Shown here: one piece after another, positions 17,204 through 26,733 of the stretch
Layout of the letters: each line of letters begins with the position of its first letter
Numbering within the stretch: the stretch's first letter is position 1
Assembly: GCA_964446635.1 (NCBI GenBank)
Contig: CAYUPJ010000011.1
Coordinates: 1-38,957, forward strand
Direction of reading: 5' to 3'
DNA: 38,957 nt
From: an uncultured Anaerolineae bacterium
GTDB taxonomy: Bacteria > Chloroflexota > Anaerolineae > VGOG01
The notes under the pieces: generated by a model
Seen by the model: the letters and a program-made list of their open reading frames with translations, nothing else
What the model was told of the DNA's origin: nothing
Database searches by the model: none
Translations under genes and position numbers: made by a program

Positions 17204-18523
17204 ATGTCGGAGATGCTAAGCGACCGCCGAGAAGCCCAAAAGGGTCTACTGGACGCCTTGACATCTGCAACAGGTTTGCCGACCGGGTTGTACGAGGAAC
17301 GAGATGGCCGAATGGCGACACTTTTCTCGGACCTATCCTTGGACAAGTTTGAGCCACACTGCAAATTCATTCAACAGTTCCCAAGAGGCAAGGAGGTCTG
17401 CGACGTCGACCAGTGCATCCGGGCCAAGAGGGTGGCCATAACCGGCACTGAGGACCAAACCTTGTGCTGGGCTGGTCTGTACAATCAGGCCATTCCGGTT
17501 ATTGTGGACGGGGTAGTGAAAGCCGTGTTGCTGTACGGCGAGATGCAGATCGAGGGAGAAGAATACCGCGAGAGTAGCCTACAAAGGCACGAGCAGGCGG
17601 TCTCCAGGCTGAAACTTAGTAGCGCTGAGGCAGCCGAGTTGCGCAAATTGCTGCTCCAAGCCAAGAAGTATACGCCCGAGGAACTTGATTTGGTAAAGGC
17701 TACATTCTCTAGAGTGTCTCGATTCTTTTACCGAATGTTTGAGGAGGAAGAGCGCTTCAGACAGGGTGTTGAACAGTTCAGGTCCAGCGTGGAGAAGATC
17801 ACACACGAGGTACAGACACGATTGCAGCCCGTACTGGCCAACGCTGAGAACCTGTTGACAGAGTTCCACACTTTAAGTGAGAAGGAGCGAGAGGCCGGAG
17901 TGAAAGAGGTGCTCAACAGCGCACTCGCGCTGGCGACTATGCTCAATAACTGGGGGCAGTTTCAGGAAGCGGACCACTTTGAGGAACAACCGCTTGAGAC
18001 ACTTCTGTATGAAGCCAAGCGGATCTACGCCGCTGAAGCACAGCGCCGGGGGATTAGCATTCGCATTGATCTTCGGCCCGTGGATGGGCGGCCAGTGGTC
18101 CTACCTATCTCCCGCCCTCACCTTCAACTCGCCCTGAACAACATTGTCCACAACGCTATTAAGTACTCCTTCCGCAGCGGGCCTGGCCGGACACGCCATA
18201 TCGAGATCACAGGTCGGCAGTTCGGTCGGTACTACGCTGTCAGTGTCCAGAACTATGGCGTGGGCATCCTGCCGGAGGAGATCGAGAGCCGAAGTATCTT
18301 CGAAGATGGCGTCCAGGGCAAATTGACACAGGGCGAGTACCGGACCGGATCTGGCAAGGGATTGTATTTTGCTGAACAGGTCATTCACCGTCACTATGGC
18401 AGGATCTCGGTCAGCAGCAAACAGATGAGCGACGAGGTGGAATCGGAGGGTGAGCCTCACTTGAACGAATTCACTGTGCTTCTTCCGCTTGAAAGGTCGA
18501 AGGAGGAACAGTCAGATGCCTAA
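17204..18523 (+). CDS. cytoplasmic sensor histidine kinase (N-terminal Cys-containing sensory domain, DHp H-box, HATPase_c)
   Basis: H-box ITHEVQTRLQPV. N-box LALNNIVHNAIKYS. G1 VQNYGVGI. G2 TGSGKGLYFAEQ. No TM helices. N-terminal region has conserved Cys residues (HCKF, CDVDQC, CWAGL). ATG 17204 follows AAGGGA; the track TTG is at 17156. Confidence 0.7.
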   Translation: MSEMLSDRREAQKGLLDALTSATGLPTGLYEERDGRMATLFSDLSLDKFEPHCKFIQQFPRGKEVCDVDQCIRAKRVAITGTEDQTLCWAGLYNQAIPVIVDGVVKAVLLYGEMQIEGEEYRESSLQRHEQAVSRLKLSSAEAAELRKLLLQAKKYTPEELDLVKATFSRVSRFFYRMFEEEERFRQGVEQFRSSVEKITHEVQTRLQPVLANAENLLTEFHTLSEKEREAGVKEVLNSALALATMLNNWGQFQEADHFEEQPLETLLYEAKRIYAAEAQRRGISIRIDLRPVDGRPVVLPISRPHLQLALNNIVHNAIKYSFRSGPGRTRHIEITGRQFGRYYAVSVQNYGVGILPEEIESRSIFEDGVQGKLTQGEYRTGSGKGLYFAEQVIHRHYGRISVSSKQMSDEVESEGEPHLNEFTVLLPLERSKEEQSDA

Positions 18524-18920
18524 GACTATTGTCTGGATCGAGGACGACACGGACATCATTGATCCGGTGGTACGGCCACTGGAGCGGGCTGGCTATCGCT
18601 TCGAACGGCTACGCACAGCTAAAGAGGCGCTAGACAGGTTGGACATCATCCGAGGCAGCGACTTGATTGTGCTCGATTTGATCCTGCCGCCGGGTGGAAT
18701 GGATCGCAAGTTTAGCTGTTATCCTGGTCTAGACTTGCTGCAGGAGCTACGGGAGCAACATGGCATCACCCAACCAGTAGTCGTCCTCAGTGTTGTGAGG
18801 AATGAAGAGACGTTCGAGAAACTACGTGCTTTGGGGGTGGCCGATGTGATCACCAAGGCAGTTCTGCCATCTGAATTGAAGGGAAGGGTGCAGAAGGTGT
18901 TGGAAGCCAACGAACAGTAG
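18516..18920 (+). CDS. single-domain response regulator (CheY-like receiver)
   Basis: IVWIEDDTDI...SDLIVLDLILP...VVVLSVV...TKAV carries the receiver acidic pocket, phospho-Asp, Ser and Lys signatures. GGAGGAA RBS. Overlaps the kinase stop. Confidence 0.75.
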   Translation: MPKTIVWIEDDTDIIDPVVRPLERAGYRFERLRTAKEALDRLDIIRGSDLIVLDLILPPGGMDRKFSCYPGLDLLQELREQHGITQPVVVLSVVRNEETFEKLRALGVADVITKAVLPSELKGRVQKVLEANEQ

Positions 18921-18964
18921 CTCTTACAGAATCTTCTTTAGCTTATTCACCGTGGGTCTTTGAA

Positions 18965-18996
18965 CCGCCAGTGTGGTTGCGCTGGCGGTTTTTTGG
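18965..18996 (+). terminator. rho-independent terminator after the response-regulator gene
   Basis: ccgccag tgtggttgcg ctggcgg tttttt. Confidence 0.75.
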
Positions 18997-19032
18997 TTTC
19001 ATCGCAAGAACCTTAAAATTTTGACTGATCTC

Positions 19033-19061
19033 TTGACAATATCTGAGGTATGTGGTATAAT
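19033..19061 (+). promoter_or_regulatory. perfect-consensus extended -10 sigma70 promoter (TTGACA - 17 nt - TGgTATAAT)
   Basis: ttgaca at 19033-19038 and tgg tataat at 19053-19061, about 115 nt upstream of the 19179 ATG. Confidence 0.65.
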
Positions 19062-19178
19062 GTATATAGTTACTATATGCACTATACTATAATCACTAAA
19101 TATCCCCATGCAAGGGTATTGATTCTGGCGGGGGTAGGCCATCCATAGTTTTATTTGTGATATGATGGGAGGAAGACT

Positions 19179-20420
19179 ATGTCTGCCTCGGCTAACGATG
19201 ATTATTCGCTGGTTAACGATAATCATTCGCCATCGCTCGTTTCCAAACCGCACTGGATCGCTTTCGTGAAATCGTTGTTCAGAGCGCTTCCTGTCGCGGT
19301 CGTCATTGCCGGTCTTTGCGCCCTTCTGGGAGGCGTTTATCACCTCAGCATGCTTGGGCTGTCGTCTTTGCCGCTTGCCCCTTTGCTGCGTGCTTTCTGG
19401 CTATGGCAAAACGATTATGCAGAATTTCGCAACGGGCGTATGTATCGCCGCAAGGATCCTTTTGGCTATCGCGTTGTAGCCAAAAACTATAGCTGGGTTG
19501 ATTGGCATTACAGGCAATCCTGGCTGGGACAATGTCTGGATTACGGTGACCTCGTGATAGGTTCAGGAGAGAATGCCGAGCGTATCCCGTGCCGTGGCCA
19601 TTTCAGCGAACTTCGCAACTTCTTAGAGAACGGAGGAACCTCTTCGCAGGCTCATACGCAAACGCAGGGTCAAAACGGCGGCTGTTTGACTTACTTGATT
19701 GTCCTAGTCCTGCTGATTGGAGTCCCTACACTTTACATTCTCAACAACCTACGCCGTCCCAGTCTCATACGGGGCACTACCCCAGGCATAGTACCTGCTT
19801 CACAAGTCTCGGACTTTCCCTTCAATAGGCAGCGTCCTCTCTACTCAGCCACCGAGTCTTCGAACTCTTCACCGGATCCCTCAATTCTCACATCGAATCC
19901 GGGCGCCGAACTACTTTCTCAATCTCTCACTGTGCCAGTGCTACATCCATGCTTCGAGTTGATGCAGGATAACTATAGCATCAATGGCCTGCTTGGTTGG
20001 GTGCCTGGGAAAACACCGCGTCCCGCTGTCTACCTTGGCAATGGGCACATGCTCCTGGGGATTTCTTCAGGTGCCGATGTCCGTAGCTATTCCTCGATGC
20101 GTCAGCATCTTACGATCCCAAACGACGCAAACCGGATTGTCCTGTCCTTCAAGTACTTTCCACACACTAACGACATTAACGGTGGCGACTGGTTCCAGGC
20201 CCTTATCCTGGATACCAACCTGAAGCCTTTGGTTGCAATTCTCAAATTCGCGTCGGATACTCGGGGGGCAAATGCGCAAGATTGGACATACATAAAAGAG
20301 TATGATGTGGCGGGCTTAGCTGAGCGCTCTGTATATGTCTATTTCAACGTAATCAACGACGGCGATGGTCTACCGAGTTATATGGACGTGAAAGACGTGT
20401 CTGTATCGGTCTGCCGGTGA
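19179..20420 (+). CDS. hypothetical membrane protein (two N-terminal TM helices, a further central TM, Ser/Pro-rich linker, C-terminal beta-rich domain)
   Basis: GGGAGGA RBS. TM segments ALPVAVVIAGLCALLGGVY and CLTYLIVLVLLIGVPTLYIL. No family recognised. Confidence 0.55.
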   Translation: MSASANDDYSLVNDNHSPSLVSKPHWIAFVKSLFRALPVAVVIAGLCALLGGVYHLSMLGLSSLPLAPLLRAFWLWQNDYAEFRNGRMYRRKDPFGYRVVAKNYSWVDWHYRQSWLGQCLDYGDLVIGSGENAERIPCRGHFSELRNFLENGGTSSQAHTQTQGQNGGCLTYLIVLVLLIGVPTLYILNNLRRPSLIRGTTPGIVPASQVSDFPFNRQRPLYSATESSNSSPDPSILTSNPGAELLSQSLTVPVLHPCFELMQDNYSINGLLGWVPGKTPRPAVYLGNGHMLLGISSGADVRSYSSMRQHLTIPNDANRIVLSFKYFPHTNDINGGDWFQALILDTNLKPLVAILKFASDTRGANAQDWTYIKEYDVAGLAERSVYVYFNVINDGDGLPSYMDVKDVSVSVCR

Positions 20421-20469
20421 ACTCGGACACAGTGCGCACCTAATCAACCGAAGATCACTCATAGCATAA

Positions 20470-20528
20470 AGGGCTGGGATTTGACTCCCAGCCCTCTGTT
20501 TTGCAAAGGAAAGCTTTTGTGATATAAT
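20470..20528 (+). promoter_or_regulatory. terminator hairpin (20470-20503) immediately followed by a TTGCAA - 16 nt - TGaTATAAT promoter (20501-20528)
   Basis: agggctggga tttgac tcccagccct ctgttttg, then ttgcaa...gtgatataat. Confidence 0.55.
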
Positions 20529-20561
20529 AAATGTAGATATCGGCATAAGAAGTCCGTTCTC

Positions 20562-21242
20562 ATGCCTCTTATAGAGGTAATATTCTCGCATTTTGGCCAG
20601 CGAAGAGGTGAGAGCGTGGTACATTCTGTCGTTTCTACCAGAGCGAGCAATGAGGGTCGCCGTGAGCGGATTCTGCAACTATACTATGACCGCTTGCGTG
20701 ACCTAACGAACTTCTTCTTCGCCGTCAACGCCCTGCTCATCGGGTTGGTAGTGCAATTCGCTCACGATGACCTCCAACAGTTGCTCCTGGCCGTTCTCGG
20801 CTATTCTGGTTCGGTAGCCACACCTTGCATCTATAAGGGTTTTCTCTCGTTGCGCTCGTACCGTGAGGACATGCGCCCGCTGGAGGAATCGCTGGACTAC
20901 GACATTTCTGGGAAGTATGAAAAGCGACTGAAGGGCACGCCGGTGGGGATTGTACGAGTAGCCCTTGTGCGGCTGTGCTTCAGTTTTTTGTTTGCGGGCT
21001 TCTATTTCGCTGCCATTATCTACTTTTTCTACAGGTTATCTGCACTGTATTGCCTCACTCCCCCGTGGTTTAATCTCCTCCTGGGTATTAATCATCTTCA
21101 TGCTAATCTGCTACGTTCCTTGGGTCATTTTTCAACGTCCCGGCAGGCCGGGAGTGATTTGGGCCGTGGTGCGAACGACATAGTGGAGGGAGGTGTAGTT
21201 CATCTTCTGATAAGGAGAAATCAACATGGCTCTATCCCATGA
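20562..21242 (+). CDS. hypothetical membrane protein (start uncertain; in-frame GTG alternative at 20615)
   Basis: Hydrophobic helices FFFAVNALLIGLVVQFA and LCFSFLFAGFYFAAIIYFFY. Overlaps the start of the SIR2 gene by 17 nt. Confidence 0.45.
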   Translation: MPLIEVIFSHFGQRRGESVVHSVVSTRASNEGRRERILQLYYDRLRDLTNFFFAVNALLIGLVVQFAHDDLQQLLLAVLGYSGSVATPCIYKGFLSLRSYREDMRPLEESLDYDISGKYEKRLKGTPVGIVRVALVRLCFSFLFAGFYFAAIIYFFYRLSALYCLTPPWFNLLLGINHLHANLLRSLGHFSTSRQAGSDLGRGANDIVEGGVVHLLIRRNQHGSIP

Positions 21243-23601
21243 AGAAATACGACGCCTCGCTTCCACATTGCGAAAGCAATCACCGGAAGACCGAGAGCTG
21301 TTTGTGAAAATTCTACGGACGGAGGATGTTCTTCCTGGACTCCGAGAGTTACCAGAGGAAGAGCTGAAGGAGTTTCTCGATCTATTGCCTGCCGCTCTAG
21401 CTGAGGAACTACGTAAGGCGCTGGCCGGAGTGGAGATACCGCCGGAACTGATAGACGAGATCCTGCGAGGAAACTGCGTCCTCTTCTTGGGGGCCGGTGT
21501 CTCCTTTGAGGCAGGAATGCCTTCTTCACAACAATTGGTCCGAGCTTTGGGGTACGATCCTAACAATGTGCCCCTAACAATAGCAGCGCAACAATTTGAG
21601 ACTAAACAGGGGCGGACAGAGCTTTGCACCATCATCAAGCGAGAATTCGAGATAGCTGACAAACGTAAGAAATCAGGAAGCTATCAATTCATCGCTAACA
21701 TACCCAAGTTGAACAGCCTAATCATCACTACTAACTACGATAGACTGCTGGAAGAGGCGCTCAAGCGAGAAAAGAAAACACCTTTGACAATCTGTAGGGA
21801 GGCTGAGTTGCCTTCGACGACCGGCCAACCCCATGTGATAGTCAAGCTTCACGGCGACATAGATCAATCCGAGACCGTAGTTATCACCCAAGGAGATTAC
21901 GCACGTTTAGCAGCAAGGCTGCGGGAGCCGGGCGGGTTCGGTGGCTTCCTGGCAACCATTCTTTCCACGCGGATAGTGATCTTCGTCGGGTTCAGCATGG
22001 CCGACGAGGACTTCCGCCTGATCCGCGATTTTATAACTACCCGGATGATTGACTTCGTCGGACGACGCACCCTCAAGCCCCCCTATGCCATCATGCCATG
22101 GGGGGAAGCAGAGGCCAAGGTGCTCGAAAGCCAATTGAACATCAAGGTCATTCGCGGCGAAGCAAAAGACTTCTTCGCCGCCATCTTTCGCCGCACCAGC
22201 GAATTCCTGAATCGGGAGGATGAATTGCGGGAGGTATGCGAGGTCCGAAAGGAACCATTCGTGGAGATTGTGGGTCCTGCTGGCTCCGGCAAGACGATGC
22301 TTTTGAGTGGCATAGAGACCTTCTATCGGATTCAGCGAGGCTTTAACCTGATAGTTTCCATCGCTTTGGAGGAAAAGGAAACCCCTCAAATGCTATCGCG
22401 GCGGCTGGCTGACCAATATAAATTGAGTTTAGATAAATTGGAGGATGACTTAAGAGGGACCTTAGTTCTTTTCACTTTCGACGGAACTGAAAGAGCCCCT
22501 GAGGCTGTACGTTGGCTGGAGCGGGAATTGCTGCCCAGATTAAGAAGAATATGGACCACGGATCTACACACCGACCTGGAGTTGGGCAGTGGGCGGGTGA
22601 TCTTCGCCGGCCGGCAGCATTTCCTTTGGCAATCCGTCACCCGGTTCCACCTCTATTCGCTGATCCTGACTCCTTTCCCGCACGGTGCCGTTGAAGATAT
22701 GGCCGGGAAGTATTACTTCCTCTTCAGGAGAGAAATGCCCTCAGCTCTAGAGAAGAAACGAATCGCCCAGGCTATTCTATCCCTCACCGGCACGGGACAC
22801 GCCGGGTTCATCAAAACCGTTCTGTACAAGATCACTGATGACAAGAAACTGCCAAAGGAGCAATATCCTTCGGCGGCCGATCTGGTCCGCTATATCGAAG
22901 AGCACACCGATGAGTTTCTCGAATGGAAACTGGTGCCTCAACTAAACAATGAGATTTTGAAAGGGGCAGAAGAACCTATCTTGCGGTCATTAGAGGATGT
23001 AATTTGTGTCTTCCGTCGTCTCAACAATTCGATTTTAACGAGTTTGCCCCAAAGAGGACTGGATCAATATGGTGTAGACGAGACCTGGTTCACCAAACCG
23101 GACGCGCTACTGAGAGCACTAGATAGTCTGCATATATTGAGCAAACCGGATGCCCGCAGCCCGATGTATCGGCTGGATCCGGTAGTGGGCTTTCTCCTCT
23201 CCGCGTGGCTCAGAAGAAAGAATTCAGGGGAGCTTTATCGCAAAGACCACGAGGTCGCGCTGGACATCTGCGACGAAGGAGTGCAACGCACTCCTAACCA
23301 TTTCCAGTTGGCCTATGCTCTAGAGGGGCTATATCACTTGCAGTGCCTGCGAGAAATCGGGGCCAGCCAGGTGGAACTGGCCGACAAAGCCAGACAATAC
23401 CTGGGTCAATTACGAGGAGCTGAGAATGGAAAGGCATTGGCCATGCAATGGAAAGATGTGGTCATGGAGGATCCCGATCTGAGGTGGAAAGTAGAAGAAG
23501 AAGCCAGAAGGCTCGACAGAACACCGGAGGAGAGGGAAGAGTGGTTGGCTAAGGTTTATGAAGCGCTAACCGCTGCCTTTGACAAGTATCTAGCCCCATG
23601 A
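21226..23601 (+). CDS. SIR2_2 (DHS-like NAD-binding) domain fused to a P-loop NTPase
   Basis: SIR2_2 motifs CVLFLGAGVS, LIITTNYDRLLEEAL, VKLHGDIDQ, IFVGFSMADEDF. Walker A is EIVGPAGSGKTMLL and the probable Walker B is LVLFTFDGTE. AAGGAG RBS. Confidence 0.75.
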   Translation: MALSHEEIRRLASTLRKQSPEDRELFVKILRTEDVLPGLRELPEEELKEFLDLLPAALAEELRKALAGVEIPPELIDEILRGNCVLFLGAGVSFEAGMPSSQQLVRALGYDPNNVPLTIAAQQFETKQGRTELCTIIKREFEIADKRKKSGSYQFIANIPKLNSLIITTNYDRLLEEALKREKKTPLTICREAELPSTTGQPHVIVKLHGDIDQSETVVITQGDYARLAARLREPGGFGGFLATILSTRIVIFVGFSMADEDFRLIRDFITTRMIDFVGRRTLKPPYAIMPWGEAEAKVLESQLNIKVIRGEAKDFFAAIFRRTSEFLNREDELREVCEVRKEPFVEIVGPAGSGKTMLLSGIETFYRIQRGFNLIVSIALEEKETPQMLSRRLADQYKLSLDKLEDDLRGTLVLFTFDGTERAPEAVRWLERELLPRLRRIWTTDLHTDLELGSGRVIFAGRQHFLWQSVTRFHLYSLILTPFPHGAVEDMAGKYYFLFRREMPSALEKKRIAQAILSLTGTGHAGFIKTVLYKITDDKKLPKEQYPSAADLVRYIEEHTDEFLEWKLVPQLNNEILKGAEEPILRSLEDVICVFRRLNNSILTSLPQRGLDQYGVDETWFTKPDALLRALDSLHILSKPDARSPMYRLDPVVGFLLSAWLRRKNSGELYRKDHEVALDICDEGVQRTPNHFQLAYALEGLYHLQCLREIGASQVELADKARQYLGQLRGAENGKALAMQWKDVVMEDPDLRWKVEEEARRLDRTPEEREEWLAKVYEALTAAFDKYLAP

Positions 23602-23628
23602 GCTGTTTTGCCGTTTTAGGAGGATAAC

Positions 23629-26600
23629 ATGGCTATAGAGAATCTAGTTACGCGAAGACTTCACTGGCTAATTGGTCGCCAGAAAGAGAAAGAGGGTATT
23701 GCCCGTGCCATTAAGGGCCAAGGGCCACCAATCCTCTTCCTGGAGGGCATCGCCGGCATTGGAAAAACGGTTCTCCTGGAAGAAGCCAGTCGTATAGCCC
23801 AAGAGTATGGAGCCCTCTGCCCGCCCATCATAGACTTCTACGATACCGATATGCACGCCCACCGGTCTCTGGAGGCGGCCATTGCCCTAAGCCTGGATCC
23901 AAAAAAGAAGGCTTTCCAAGACTATTGGACCCGGCGAGAACAGATGGAACGTACTATGCTGCCGGAACGCAAGACCCAGAAGGAGCAGGAGAAGGAACTC
24001 TGGGGGCTCTTCGTGAAGGGATACACCAACGTGGCAGAGAACCAACGGGTGATGCTGCGTTTCGATACGGCCGAGCGCCTGGAGTACGAACGGGATTCCC
24101 AAGAAGTCTTGACGGATTGCGAGGTCTCGCCTCAGGATGCCCCCAGTTGGGAATGGCTCCTAGAGCGCATCGGCGATCTAGAGAACACAACCTCCCTCAT
24201 TGCCAGCCGTCCCACAGATCTCCTGAAGCAGAGACTCCTTATAACACATGAGGGGCGTGTTCTTACCCTTGAGGTGAAAGGGTTCACTATAGAGGAGACG
24301 GAGGCCTATTTCCGGGCTACCGATTTCGGCAAACAAGTAGCCGATGAGTCCCCAGAGATGGTGAGCAAGGTCCACCTGCTCACCGATGGACGGCCTATCC
24401 TGATCGCCCTGGCCCTGGACTGGCTGCAACGGGGGATGTGGGAACGGCACATCTACCCGGTCAGCCTGGAAGAATTGAGAACTTTGAAGGAGCAGGCTCA
24501 GGAAGAGGAAAAATCCAACCGAAGAGGTGAGGCCTGGTGGAGATGGGACGAGATCAAGCATAGTTTTGAAATCGCTCTGGTGCAGCAGATCCGCAACCTG
24601 AACCACACAGGTCTGGATGTGGCGGTGAAATATACTGCTCTAGCCCGCAGGGGATGCAATGCCGAGCTTCTCTCTCGCCTAATATGGATTTCTCTGGAAG
24701 AGGTAAAGGGATTGGTAAAGCAGCTCCTGACCCTTTCCTTCGTCAGACCGTCACGTGGTCCCCGTAATCTTTTCTTTTTACACGATGAAATGTATGATCT
24801 GGTGGAAAAATATATCTGGCTGGTGGACTGGCCCGATTGCAGTGAGCAGGCCCGGTTAGACAGAGTCATCATAGAGTGGTATACAGAACAAATAGAGGAA
24901 CTCAAGAAGCGTATCAAAACCTCTCGGGACTGGCGGGAACGGGCCGCCTTACGTAGTCAGCAACAACTTCTGACGGCCGAGCGTTTGTACTACCAGCATG
25001 ATGAGGACCCACGGCTCGGCTATCGTGAATACAGCCACTTAGACGAGGAGGCCGTTGGCTCCCGTGAAAACGAATGGGACGTTATGTTGCGAAACGAGGC
25101 TCTGTGGTTCACATCTCACCGGGCTTGGCGGCAGGGGAAATCGATAAGCGTAGTTGGGGGAGAATATCCCCTTCGTGATCCTGCGTGGGTGAGAAATGGT
25201 AAAGTAGAGCGCAGCCCTGCAGTGGATCACGATTGTCGGCGTCGCTGGGTTAACCGCTACATCGCTCGAAATGAGATGGAGAAAGCAGCCCGTGTTGCTG
25301 AGAATCTTCTCAAGAAGGAACCTCGTGAGGGGGAACCCGAATTATACCGAGGTGGTGTACTAATCGCCCTGGCTACGGCCCAGGCGTACATGGGCGGCGA
25401 ATTCTTGGAGCCAGCTCTTCGGAACTTCCAAGAGGGCATTCAACGCTTGGAGAGCGCTCCAGAGGAACACAAGGAACCATGGCTGTATCCCTACCTCTTG
25501 GCCACAGCATACCTCTATCAAGGCTTGGCCCTGCGTAACTCCCTTCGCCTCGGTGAAGCAGTCCGGTCTTATAGTCAGGCCATGCTCCATTATCGGAGCA
25601 TCGGCTACCAAGCCGGCTTGGCTGAGGCGATGAACAACCTGGCCTACATCTACGCCCGCCAGGGACGGCTGGATCAGGCCCTAGCTTCTTGTGAAGAGGC
25701 CCTGCGCATTCGGCAGGAATTGGGTGACGAATATAATGTTGCCCTTAGTCTCAACACCAAAGGGATCGTCTACGAACGGATGGACCGGCCCCTCACGGCT
25801 ATCCACAATAGCGAGCAGGCCTTGGCCCTTTTCAAGGAGATCAACAACGAACGGGGCATCATCCTGGCCGAGATCAACCTGGGACGCTCCTATCGCCGTA
25901 AAGCTCGTAGTCCTGAATGGGGTCAGAAAAACGAAGACTTTGAGGTAGGAAGAGGACACCTGGAAGACGCCATCTACCGGCAGGAGCAAATGGGGGCCAG
26001 CGCCGAGATGTTCTATCGGATCGAGGCCCACAATGAGCTGGGCTGCCTCTATCGGGATTGGGCGGCGACGTTGGTTGACAAGGGTATCAGAGACAGCAGC
26101 AAATTGCTAGAACACCTGGGAGAAGCCGAAAGCCATCTGAATAGAGCCATCGGTCTGGCCACCCAAGAGGGGCAGATACTAACGCGCCATGCAGTGCAAT
26201 ATGCCGACTCTCTGGAGGACTTGGCCCGCGTATACTACTGGCGTGGGAAGTTGGGATTCTCTGTAGGTTCCTGGGCTAAGCAACGTGGCTTTGACAGGCC
26301 TCTGCAGGCGATGAAGAGCCTTCTCGATGAGGCAAAGAGATTGATAGAGGAACGCCTGAAAGAGTGGGAAGAGCTGCGTCTCATCGTGGGCAAAACCCAT
26401 CACCAGTATGCCCGGCTGGCAAGAGAGGAAGCAGAGGAGGAGTCAAAGAGAGACAAACTCGATTACGTTGCTAAGCACTACGCTTGGGCAGCGGCTCTCT
26501 TGGAGAGTTATTCTTTCGATGCGCCTGAATTGCGCAAGACAGTGGCCGATGCCTGTGAGTGGCTGTGTACGCTTCAGCCTCAGGAAGCGAAAGAGCGGGT

Positions 26601-26733
26601 TGAGCAAATGCATTCTACCCTGAAGGCCGACGGGCAAAAGAGCGAGAGATTGAAGGACTGGGTCAACAGTGTTGTTTATCCTCGCCTCGGTGTAGGCTGG
26701 CCTGAGGAAGGGCCGGAGGTGGCCCATGGGTGA
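23629..26733 (+). CDS. STAND-type P-loop NTPase with C-terminal TPR repeat array
   Basis: Walker A is FLEGIAGIGKTVLLEEA and Walker B is VMLRFDTAERL. The C-terminal half has about 8 TPR-like repeats (AYLYQGLALRN..., AEAMNNLAYIYARQGRLDQALASCEEAL, ALSLNTKGIVYER...). GGAGG RBS. Confidence 0.75.
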   Translation: MAIENLVTRRLHWLIGRQKEKEGIARAIKGQGPPILFLEGIAGIGKTVLLEEASRIAQEYGALCPPIIDFYDTDMHAHRSLEAAIALSLDPKKKAFQDYWTRREQMERTMLPERKTQKEQEKELWGLFVKGYTNVAENQRVMLRFDTAERLEYERDSQEVLTDCEVSPQDAPSWEWLLERIGDLENTTSLIASRPTDLLKQRLLITHEGRVLTLEVKGFTIEETEAYFRATDFGKQVADESPEMVSKVHLLTDGRPILIALALDWLQRGMWERHIYPVSLEELRTLKEQAQEEEKSNRRGEAWWRWDEIKHSFEIALVQQIRNLNHTGLDVAVKYTALARRGCNAELLSRLIWISLEEVKGLVKQLLTLSFVRPSRGPRNLFFLHDEMYDLVEKYIWLVDWPDCSEQARLDRVIIEWYTEQIEELKKRIKTSRDWRERAALRSQQQLLTAERLYYQHDEDPRLGYREYSHLDEEAVGSRENEWDVMLRNEALWFTSHRAWRQGKSISVVGGEYPLRDPAWVRNGKVERSPAVDHDCRRRWVNRYIARNEMEKAARVAENLLKKEPREGEPELYRGGVLIALATAQAYMGGEFLEPALRNFQEGIQRLESAPEEHKEPWLYPYLLATAYLYQGLALRNSLRLGEAVRSYSQAMLHYRSIGYQAGLAEAMNNLAYIYARQGRLDQALASCEEALRIRQELGDEYNVALSLNTKGIVYERMDRPLTAIHNSEQALALFKEINNERGIILAEINLGRSYRRKARSPEWGQKNEDFEVGRGHLEDAIYRQEQMGASAEMFYRIEAHNELGCLYRDWAATLVDKGIRDSSKLLEHLGEAESHLNRAIGLATQEGQILTRHAVQYADSLEDLARVYYWRGKLGFSVGSWAKQRGFDRPLQAMKSLLDEAKRLIEERLKEWEELRLIVGKTHHQYARLAREEAEEESKRDKLDYVAKHYAWAAALLESYSFDAPELRKTVADACEWLCTLQPQEAKERVEQMHSTLKADGQKSERLKDWVNSVVYPRLGVGWPEEGPEVAHG

